64,000 bases of DNA from an uncultured Bacilli bacterium (lineage in GTDB: Bacteria; Bacillota_I; Bacilli_A; RF39; UBA660). Under the pieces are notes generated by a model. The model had not been told where the DNA came from. It searched no databases and worked only from the letters and a program-made list of their open reading frames with translations. This document shows positions 9,665 through 17,961 of this stretch, one piece after another (position 1 is the stretch's first letter; each line of letters begins with the position of its first letter). Made by a program: the position numbers and the translations under genes. The DNA is taken from NCBI GenBank assembly GCA_934130545.1, contig CAKOYD010000004.1:16780-80779 (forward strand), in the 5' to 3' direction.

Positions 9665-10153
9665 ATGCTAAACATAGAAAAAATATATAAAGAAACAAAA
9701 TATTTAGACGATTTATTTTCATTACAATTTGATATCAAATCTCCTGAAATTATAAAAAAATATAAACTTGAATTATTGGTAGAATTTGGAGAACTAGCTA
9801 ACGAAACAAGATGTTTTAAATTTTGGTCAATAAATCAAACTGGTAAAAAAAATCGTATATTAGAAGAATATATTGACTGTTTATTTATGATATTATATTT
9901 TTGTAACATTACAAATGTATCTTTAAGGGAAAATTTTTCTGCAACAAGTAACAAGGATATTATAGAAACATTTCTGACACTTTATAAATTAGGAAATGAT
10001 TTAGTCCAAAAGCTTGAAAAAGAAACTGTAAAAAAATTATTAGTAGAAATACTATATCTTTCACAATTGCTTGAATTCACATTAGAAGATTTAACAAATG
10101 AAACGAAACGAAAAAGCCAAATTATTCAAAAAAGATTAAAAAGCAATTATTAA
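9665..10153 (+). CDS. dimeric dUTPase-like / all-alpha NTP pyrophosphatase (dUTPase_2 family)
   Basis: ELLVEFGELANETRCFKFWS...ILEEYIDCLFMILYF matches the dimeric dUTPase core. Start moved to MLNIEKIY (9665) because the ORF-track start 9566 overlaps the upstream ORF. Confidence 0.55.
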   Translation: MLNIEKIYKETKYLDDLFSLQFDIKSPEIIKKYKLELLVEFGELANETRCFKFWSINQTGKKNRILEEYIDCLFMILYFCNITNVSLRENFSATSNKDIIETFLTLYKLGNDLVQKLEKETVKKLLVEILYLSQLLEFTLEDLTNETKRKSQIIQKRLKSNY

Positions 10154-10435
10154 ATATATCTTTTTTTGTTTTTTTATTTATCTGATACTAAAAGTCTAAG
10201 TTTGAATAAATATGCAAAGAAAAAGTTCAACTTATAAGTCAAACTTAAAAAATTAAATCTTGAACAATTATATTTTCTTCTTCATTTTTATTTAATTTAT
10301 TATATTCCATAATTGCATTTATTATATATTGTTCTACATATCTTTTATCTCTTTGTTTTATTTCGGGTGGCAAAACATTTTCTATCTTTTCTTTATTGAA
10401 AGATATTTTATCATTTTGATTTCCCTTCTTTTCGT

Positions 10436-11134
10436 TTAATATTCTCTCTCTAATATGTCAAAATCAATTTTTTTATCTTTTGCAATCTTTTTAATTTTAA
10501 TTGCTTGTGCATGACTAGGTGTTACCAAACAATACTCAATAACTCCTAATACCAGTTTTTGTTCTGCAAATCCTAAATAAGATAACTCTACAGCTGGCTT
10601 TATACCCATAGTAAGACCGTTTTTATTTGTTTTTAAAACTGTTTCATCAACTAATGTTAATAATTCAGGTATTAAATAAGTTAATCTTATATATCTTCTT
10701 ACCATTTCTCCAGATTCACTATTTGCAATTGCATCTCTTGACTTATGCAACCCAGTTGCACATGTTTTTTTCCCTTGATGTTTTATAGCATCCATTTTCA
10801 TTTTATAAGCAAATGCCTTTTCACTCGGCAAAACTCTTTCTCTATATATATTAGAATCCACCATAAATATTGTAGCTTCATCATCATTGAGTTCTTTTAA
10901 TACAACTTCTATTTCTTGTATTCCTAAAATTTCTAATGCTTTCTTTCTTCTATGACCAGATATTAATTCATATCTTCCATTTTCTTTTTCTCTTACCACC
11001 ATAGGATTCAACAATCCATTTTCCTTAATACTTTTAACCAATTCCATTAACGAACTATCATTATTTACTAAAAATGGATGTTCTTTAAAATTATCTATCT
11101 TGCTTAGATTAACTTTAATTAATTTATCATTCAT
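10436..11134 (-). CDS. ParB-like nuclease domain protein (ParB/Srx N-domain)
   Basis: LNPMVVREKENGRYELISGHRRKKALEILG is the ParB N-terminal box. Confidence 0.7.
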   Translation of the reverse strand: MNDKLIKVNLSKIDNFKEHPFLVNNDSSLMELVKSIKENGLLNPMVVREKENGRYELISGHRRKKALEILGIQEIEVVLKELNDDEATIFMVDSNIYRERVLPSEKAFAYKMKMDAIKHQGKKTCATGLHKSRDAIANSESGEMVRRYIRLTYLIPELLTLVDETVLKTNKNGLTMGIKPAVELSYLGFAEQKLVLGVIEYCLVTPSHAQAIKIKKIAKDKKIDFDILEREY

Positions 11135-11610
11135 AACCTATCTTCTCCTTTAATTTCATAATTTAATTTCCAGTTTAAATATTCCTCATAAGATATTTCG
11201 TGCTTTTCTCTTTTTATTTTTTGCTTTTTCCATTCTTGTAATGAATTAATTAATAATTTAATCTCTGGCTTATTAATATTTTTGACTTGTGATAAATCTA
11301 ATCTATAATTTGGAATATACTCTTCAAGCCAAAAGAACAAATAAATTAAATCTTCAGGATTTTTATAATCATATTTCTTTAATGAATTAAAATTAACTTT
11401 AAGAAATTTGGCAATATCTTTTACTCTATCATCCTTTGGATTTCTATCTCCTTTCTCATATCTTGTCATCGTTCTTCTCTTGCATTCGCCAGTTAATCCC
11501 AAGTGTTCTGAAATTTTGTCCTGTGATAAATGTCTCAATTCTCTTACAAAAGCTATTCTAGATCCTTGAGATAAATCCCTTAATTCAGGTTTTACATACA
11601 ACAATCGCAT
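11131..11610 (-). CDS. XRE-family HTH transcriptional regulator
   Basis: LRELRHLSQDKISEHLGLTGECKRRTMTRYEKGDRNP is an HTH_3 pattern. Overlaps the parB-like gene by 4 nt (operon). Confidence 0.7.
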   Translation of the reverse strand: MRLLYVKPELRDLSQGSRIAFVRELRHLSQDKISEHLGLTGECKRRTMTRYEKGDRNPKDDRVKDIAKFLKVNFNSLKKYDYKNPEDLIYLFFWLEEYIPNYRLDLSQVKNINKPEIKLLINSLQEWKKQKIKREKHEISYEEYLNWKLNYEIKGEDRL

Positions 11611-11632
11611 TTTTCTTACCTCCTAATTCTTG

Positions 11633-11677
11633 TCGCATATTATTTAATTTCAACCAAAAAAAGATTGAAATATGCGA
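11633..11677. promoter_or_regulatory. imperfect palindrome upstream of XRE regulator gene (candidate operator)
   Basis: TCGCATAT(TATTTA)ATTTCAA-N11-TTGAAATATGCGA lies 23 nt upstream of the regulator start. Confidence 0.3.
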
Positions 11678-11804
11678 TAAAAGTATCTATTTCAATCTTT
11701 AAAATAATATTTTTACTTCAATTTAGAATTGGAAGTAAGAATGTTTAAACATTCATTTTTTTAGTTTTTTATATAATCATTGGATTTACAGTATTTTAAG
11801 TAAA

Positions 11805-14441
11805 TTACTTTCTATCCCCAGATTTGATTGCGGCTTGAGCAGCAGCAAGTCTAGCAATAGGTACTCTAAATGGTGAGCAAGAAACATATGTTAATCCAAC
11901 ATTATGACAGAATTCAACACTAGATGGATCTCCACCATGTTCTCCACAAATACCAAGTTTAATATTTGGTCTTGTAGCCTTACCTTTTTCTACCGCCATT
12001 TTAACCAATTGACCAACACCTACTTGATCTAATTTAGCAAATGGATCTTGTTCATAAATTTTCTTTTCATAATATGCACCTAGGAACTTACCAGCATCAT
12101 CTCTAGAAAAACCAAATGTCATTTGTGTTAAGTCATTAGTACCAAATGAGAAGAATTCAGCTTCAGTAGCAATTGCATCAGCAGTTAATGCTGCTCTTGG
12201 TATTTCAATCATAGTACCGATATGATACTCCATATCAGAACCTTTTTCTTTCTTAACAAGTTCAGCAGTTTCTACTACTATATCTTTAACATATTTTAAT
12301 TCTTTAACTTCTCCAACAAGTGGAATCATAATTTCAGGAACAATATCGTATCCTTCTTCTTCATGAACTTCAATTGCAGCTTCCATTAAAGCACGAGTTT
12401 GCATTCTAGCAATTTCTGGATAAGTAACTGCTAAACGGCATCCTCTATGACCCATCATTGGGTTAAATTCATGTAATTCGTTGCATACATCAATAATATG
12501 TTCTACAGTCATTCCCATAGCTTCAGCAAGTTCTTTCATTTCAGCTTCTGTTTTAGGAATAAACTCATGAAGTGGTGGATCAATATAACGTACAGTCATA
12601 GGTAATCCTTTTAATTCCTTATACATTTCTTTAAAGTCGCCTTTTTGATATGGAATTAATAAACTTAGATATTTTTCTCTATCTTCAACTGTTTCAGATA
12701 AAATCATTCTTCTTAAGTTAAATATTCTTTCTTCATCAAAGAACATATGTTCTGTACGACAAAGTCCAATACCTTCAGCACCTAATTCAATAGCTTTTCT
12801 AGTATCTTTTGGTGTATCAGCATTAGTTCTAACACCTAACTTACGATATTTATCAGCCCATGCCATAACACGACCAAATTCACCTGCTATAGTAGCATCA
12901 ACTGTTGGAATAGCACCATCATAAATATTACCAGTAGTACCATCAATAGAAATTATATCTCCCTCATGATATACTTTACCAGCTAAAGTAAATTCTTTCT
13001 TAGCTTCATTCATTATAATATCGCCACAACCAGATACACAGCAAGTACCCATGCCACGAGCAACAACTGCTGCATGAGATGTCATACCACCACGTACTGT
13101 TAAAATACCTTGAGCAGCTTTCATACCTGTAATATCTTCAGGAGAAGTTTCAAGTCTAACTAATACAACTTTCTCTCCTTTACCACCGATACCATAAGTA
13201 GCTGCATCTTCAGCAGTAAATACAACTTTACCACAAGCAGCACCAGGAGAAGCACCCAAACCTTTTCCGACAGGCATAGCAGCCTTTAAAGCTTTACTAT
13301 CAAATTGAGGATGTAATAATGTATCTAAGTTTCTAGGATCAATCATTAATACAGCTTCTTCTTCAGTTCTCATTCCTTCATCAACTAAATCACAAGCAAT
13401 CTTTAAAGCAGCTTGAGCAGTTCTCTTACCATTTCTTGTTTGTAACATGTATAATTTACCATGTTCTACAGTAAATTCCATATCTTGCATATCACGATAA
13501 TGGTTCTCTAAAGTAGTACATACTTTTTTAAATTCTTCAAAAGCTTCAGGGAATTTATCAGCCATTTCAGATATCTTCATTGGAGTTCTAACACCAGCAA
13601 CAACATCTTCACCTTGCGCATTAGTTAAGAATTCACCAAATAATCCTTTTTCACCAGTAGCAGGGTCTCTTGTAAAGGCAACACCTGTACCACAATCATC
13701 TCCCATATTACCAAATGCCATTGATTGAACATTAACAGCAGTTCCCCAAGAATATGGAATATCATTATCTCTACGATAAACATTAGCACGTGGATTATCC
13801 CAAGATCTAAATACAGCCTTAATAGCACCCATTAATTGTTCTTTTGGATCATCAGGAAAATCTACACCAATTTTAATTTTATATTCTTCTTTAAACTCTC
13901 TAGCTAATTCTTTTAAATCATCAGCAGTAAGTTCAACATCTAACTTAACATTCTTTTCTTCTTTCATCTTATCAATTAATTGTTCAAAGTATTTCTTACC
14001 AACTTCCATAACAACATCAGAATACATTTGAATAAATCTACGATAACAATCCCAAGCCCATCTAGGATTATTAGACTTTTCTGCAAGAACATTAACTACT
14101 TCTTCATTTAAACCTAAATTAAGAATAGTATCCATCATACCAGGCATACTAGCTCTAGCACCACTTCTAACAGAAACTAATAATGGATTTTCTTTATCTC
14201 CAAATTTCTTTCCTGTAATCTCTTCCATCTTAACAATATACTCATTAATTTGGCTTTGAATTTCATCATTAATTGTACGTCCATCTTCATAGTACTTAGT
14301 ACAAGCTTCAGTAGTAATAGTAAATCCCTGTGGAACTGGCAAACCAATATTTGTCATTTCCGCTAAATTAGCACCTTTACCACCAAGAAGGTTTCTCATA
14401 TCAGCATTACCTTCTGTAAACAAATAAACATATTTTGTCAT
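11805..14441 (-). CDS. ppdK: pyruvate, phosphate dikinase
   Basis: 878 aa. N-terminal FTEGNADMRNLLGGKGANLAEM, phosphohistidine region GGMTSHAAVVARGMG, C-terminal PEP-utilising domain. Confidence 0.95.
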   Translation of the reverse strand: MTKYVYLFTEGNADMRNLLGGKGANLAEMTNIGLPVPQGFTITTEACTKYYEDGRTINDEIQSQINEYIVKMEEITGKKFGDKENPLLVSVRSGARASMPGMMDTILNLGLNEEVVNVLAEKSNNPRWAWDCYRRFIQMYSDVVMEVGKKYFEQLIDKMKEEKNVKLDVELTADDLKELAREFKEEYKIKIGVDFPDDPKEQLMGAIKAVFRSWDNPRANVYRRDNDIPYSWGTAVNVQSMAFGNMGDDCGTGVAFTRDPATGEKGLFGEFLTNAQGEDVVAGVRTPMKISEMADKFPEAFEEFKKVCTTLENHYRDMQDMEFTVEHGKLYMLQTRNGKRTAQAALKIACDLVDEGMRTEEEAVLMIDPRNLDTLLHPQFDSKALKAAMPVGKGLGASPGAACGKVVFTAEDAATYGIGGKGEKVVLVRLETSPEDITGMKAAQGILTVRGGMTSHAAVVARGMGTCCVSGCGDIIMNEAKKEFTLAGKVYHEGDIISIDGTTGNIYDGAIPTVDATIAGEFGRVMAWADKYRKLGVRTNADTPKDTRKAIELGAEGIGLCRTEHMFFDEERIFNLRRMILSETVEDREKYLSLLIPYQKGDFKEMYKELKGLPMTVRYIDPPLHEFIPKTEAEMKELAEAMGMTVEHIIDVCNELHEFNPMMGHRGCRLAVTYPEIARMQTRALMEAAIEVHEEEGYDIVPEIMIPLVGEVKELKYVKDIVVETAELVKKEKGSDMEYHIGTMIEIPRAALTADAIATEAEFFSFGTNDLTQMTFGFSRDDAGKFLGAYYEKKIYEQDPFAKLDQVGVGQLVKMAVEKGKATRPNIKLGICGEHGGDPSSVEFCHNVGLTYVSCSPFRVPIARLAAAQAAIKSGDRK

Positions 14442-14566
14442 TTTATCATCCTTTCATCAGTATGTTTTTATAATACCAAATCTAGACAAATAATTCAATA
14501 AAAATATCTAAATTTTACTTATAATTTACATAGAAAAATACTATTACTAATCTCTTAATAATAGTA

Positions 14567-15158
14567 CTAATTATTCTTACCTTTTTTTCTTTCTCTTATA
14601 AGTTTTCTCCTTATTTTAGGAACCAAAGAATTATAATATTGTAATCTCTCATCGCTATTCATCACAGATACTGGATTATCTAAATTATTTCCATATCTTA
14701 ATTTAATTAATTCTATATCATCATCTGGTAAAATCTTTAAGACATTATCAATTTCTTCTCTAGTATAATCACTAAAAAGTTCATATATAGTTGCTTGCCT
14801 TTTCCTTGTATTACTTCTTAACTTATTAATATTACTACTTATTATTCTAAAAACAACATCTTTAGAAATAGACATCATATCAGCTATCTCTTGTTGAGTA
14901 TGTGCTTTTCCATCATAAAAACCAAAATATAACATTATTACCTTTAGATCTCGTTCCTTCAAACGTCTCATAATATTCATATATCATCCTATTATAATCT
15001 TTTTCAATATATTCATCTTCTATATCAATTTCACTAGGAATAACATACCCTAATTGAATATCTCCCTGCTTCATCTTTTTAAATAAAATTAATACTTCTT
15101 CTTTAGATGACTTTTTAGGAAGTTGTTTTGTATCTATAAATAATTCATAATAATTCAT
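14567..15158 (-). pseudogene. frameshifted/internally deleted paralog of the downstream sigma-70-like gene
   Basis: ORF 14913..15158 (MNYYELFIDTKQLPKKSSKEEVLILFKKMKQGD) matches the N-terminus of the 699-aa protein but lacks region 2. It shifts frame into ORF 14567..14980 (IMLYFGFYDGK...region 4 plus one 40-aa repeat unit). Confidence 0.5.
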
Positions 15159-15180
15159 CTTGGTATCTCCATTTCTATAA

Positions 15181-17280
15181 TTACTTATTCTTACTTCTTT
15201 TTAACGTATTACCTCTATTACTTAGCAAACGTTCCATCTTACGCACTAAATAAGTATAAAATCTAACTCTTTCATAAAAATTTATAGCAGATACTGGATT
15301 ATCTAAATCATTTCCATATCTTAATCTTAATAATTCTTTATCTTCATCTGATAATTCTTCTATCATTTCATTTATTTCTTCTCTAGTATAATCACTTAAA
15401 AGTTCATATATTGTTCTTAATTTCTTTTTACAATTATCATCTTTAATTGCTTCCATACCATTTTCTAATAATTGCATGTTTTCTCTTAATTTACCAAGAC
15501 TTTCCTTTATTAATTTATAAATATATGTTGTAGAAACTGGCATCATGTTTGATATCTCAAAAACACTATACCTTTTACCATCCACAAATCCAAAATAAAG
15601 ACTTATTATTCTTCTATTACGTTCATTCAAACATTCCATGCTTTGTTGTAGTAACTTCAACTGTGCATCATCATATATTTTTTTAATATAATCTCTTTCC
15701 ATATCTACTTTACTTAGAAGAATATTTCTTAATTTAACATTATTACCAAATTTATCAGGATAAATAATATCATCAAAACTAATTTTATCTTGATAAGTAT
15801 TTAATTCTTTCAAAAACATATTTATTTCTTCATTAATACATTTTTTTGCATACAATAAAAAGTCTCTATCGTCTGATTTACTATAAATATCAACAGCCTT
15901 AACAAGTCCAAGACATCCAATTGCTACTAACTCTTTTTTATCATAACAAACATCCATAAAATTATTTTTAACATATTGGATAACTAAACCAATATTCTTA
16001 GTAATTAACTCTTCTCTTGCTTTCATATCTCCCTGTCTTAATCTTCTCAATAATGCCAATACTTCCTTCTTGGTTAATTCTTTAAAAAAGACATCACAAA
16101 TAAATAAATCATTACAACTTATACGAGTTCCACTATCTTCTAATGTATTTTCATTATTACCTGTTTTTGCTAATAAACGTTTCATTTTAGGATATAAACA
16201 AGAATAGAACTTACATCTTTGTTCATAATCAATTGTAGATACTGGATTATCTAAATCATTACCATATCTTAATCTCAATAATTCTTTATCTTCATCTGAT
16301 AATTCGCTTATTACCTTATCTATTTCTTCTCTAGTATAATCTCCTAAAAGTTCATATATAGTTTGTAATTTATTAGACTTGTTATTAAATCCTACTTTAC
16401 ATGCCAATATTTTTTTCATTTTAGGAACTAAATAAGAGTTAAACATACCATTATTCTTATGATCTATTATGGATACTGGATTGTCTAAATCATTTCCATA
16501 TCTTAATCTCAATAATTCTTTATCTTCATCTGATAATTCTTCTATTATTTCATCTATTTCTTCTCTAGTATAATCACTTAAAAGTTCATATATAGTTCTT
16601 ATGTTTAACTGCCTTTTTCTTATTGGTTCATTGCCAAGTTCTAATCGTTGTATATTTTCTTTCATATGTTCTAAACTGTCATTCATTATTTCATATATAC
16701 GTGTATGACTTACATTCATCATATCTGCTATCTCTCGATGAGTATATATCTTACCATCATAAAATCCAAAATAAAGCATAATTATTTTCTTACTACGTTC
16801 ATTTAAACAGTTCATACTTTGCTGTAATAATCCATACATATAATTATTATAATCTTTCTCTTCAAACATTTCTTCAATACTAACATCATCAGACAAATTA
16901 TCCTTTAACTTAACACCATTAAATCCATCATCAAAACTTAAAATATTACTATCTTTATTTAATCTATTTATAAAGTATTCTATCTCTCTATGAATATAAT
17001 TCCCAATATGTGTTGAAAAATATTTATGCTTTAACATATCAAAATTATCAATACCTTTAATAAGTCCAAGACATCCAACTGCTACCAATTCTCTCTTATC
17101 ACAACATACATCATTAAAATTATTTTTAACACATTGAATAACTAAATCAATATTACCACTAATTAACTCTTCTCTAGCTTTCATATCTCCTTGTTTCATT
17201 CTATCAAATAATACTAGTACTTCTTTATTCGATAATCTTTTAGGAATCTCTCCATCAATAAATAATTCATTATTTTTCAT
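15181..17280 (-). CDS. sigma-70-family protein with two tandem SigH-like modules and four region-4.1-like repeat units
   Basis: Two copies of region 2 (DLVIQCVKNNF...GCLGLIKGIDNF and GLVIQYVKNNF...GCLGLVKAVDIY) and of region 4 (IIMLYFGFYDGKIYTHREIADMMNVSHTRIY / IISLYFGFVDGKRYSVFEISNMMPVSTTYIY). Several copies of TIYELLSDYTREEIDE.IEELSDEDKELLRLRYGNDLDNPVS. Confidence 0.7.
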   Translation of the reverse strand: MKNNELFIDGEIPKRLSNKEVLVLFDRMKQGDMKAREELISGNIDLVIQCVKNNFNDVCCDKRELVAVGCLGLIKGIDNFDMLKHKYFSTHIGNYIHREIEYFINRLNKDSNILSFDDGFNGVKLKDNLSDDVSIEEMFEEKDYNNYMYGLLQQSMNCLNERSKKIIMLYFGFYDGKIYTHREIADMMNVSHTRIYEIMNDSLEHMKENIQRLELGNEPIRKRQLNIRTIYELLSDYTREEIDEIIEELSDEDKELLRLRYGNDLDNPVSIIDHKNNGMFNSYLVPKMKKILACKVGFNNKSNKLQTIYELLGDYTREEIDKVISELSDEDKELLRLRYGNDLDNPVSTIDYEQRCKFYSCLYPKMKRLLAKTGNNENTLEDSGTRISCNDLFICDVFFKELTKKEVLALLRRLRQGDMKAREELITKNIGLVIQYVKNNFMDVCYDKKELVAIGCLGLVKAVDIYSKSDDRDFLLYAKKCINEEINMFLKELNTYQDKISFDDIIYPDKFGNNVKLRNILLSKVDMERDYIKKIYDDAQLKLLQQSMECLNERNRRIISLYFGFVDGKRYSVFEISNMMPVSTTYIYKLIKESLGKLRENMQLLENGMEAIKDDNCKKKLRTIYELLSDYTREEINEMIEELSDEDKELLRLRYGNDLDNPVSAINFYERVRFYTYLVRKMERLLSNRGNTLKRSKNK

Positions 17281-17344
17281 ATAAAATCACCATTAATCCC
17301 CTTAAGTAGCCATTATTATACCACAATTTTAAAAAAATACTAGA

Positions 17345-17566
17345 TTATTTTAATACATCCAAAAAAGATTGAATCATATTAATATTATCTAGTACTTTAT
17401 TTAACTTATCTTTTCTAGTTAACTTATACTTATCCAACATATCATTATAAAATTCTTTAAATAAATAAGGATCTCTATTTAAATACTTATACCAATAACT
17501 ATTTTCTCTAATAAATCTTTGTAATCTAGGATCAGATTTAATTTTATACTGTGTTTCTAAATCCAT
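17345..17566 (-). CDS. small conserved protein, YlbE-like
   Basis: DPRLQRFIRENSYWYKYLNRDPYLF resembles Bacillus YlbE as I recall it (…WYRKLSRNP…). Weak, memory-based. Confidence 0.35.
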   Translation of the reverse strand: MDLETQYKIKSDPRLQRFIRENSYWYKYLNRDPYLFKEFYNDMLDKYKLTRKDKLNKVLDNINMIQSFLDVLK

Positions 17567-17937
17567 TAATCTTCAAATCTCTTATAGATAGCGCGTGGTT
17601 GATAAGTATTAGTTGTACCACTACTTCCTTTATTTACAAACAATTCTGAAAATAGTCCTAAAGCTTTCTGTAAAGAAGTAATACCATTCTGCACCTTATC
17701 AACATCAATATTTTTAGCCATATTAACTAAATCATTTAAACTAGTTGATTTACTAGACTTACTTTCTTCCACAGTAGGTTTTAAATACTTCTCCCAAGCC
17801 TTATTATCTTCTCCGTATAAGTCATACACTTCATATATTTTTTGCCAAGAATCATTATTATTTTTTACATACGTTATTAAAGATGGATTCTTTCTAACAA
17901 ATGATTTAAAATCATCAATATTAGCCATATAAATCAC
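17566..17937 (-). CDS. conserved hypothetical, YlbD-like (putative coat-associated)
   Basis: Pairs with the ylbE-like gene (1-nt overlap); FKSFVRKNPSLITYVKNNNDSWQKIYE pattern. Weak assignment. Confidence 0.35.
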   Translation of the reverse strand: MIYMANIDDFKSFVRKNPSLITYVKNNNDSWQKIYEVYDLYGEDNKAWEKYLKPTVEESKSSKSTSLNDLVNMAKNIDVDKVQNGITSLQKALGLFSELFVNKGSSGTTNTYQPRAIYKRFED

Positions 17938-17961
17938 CTATTACATTATATGCAATAAATA

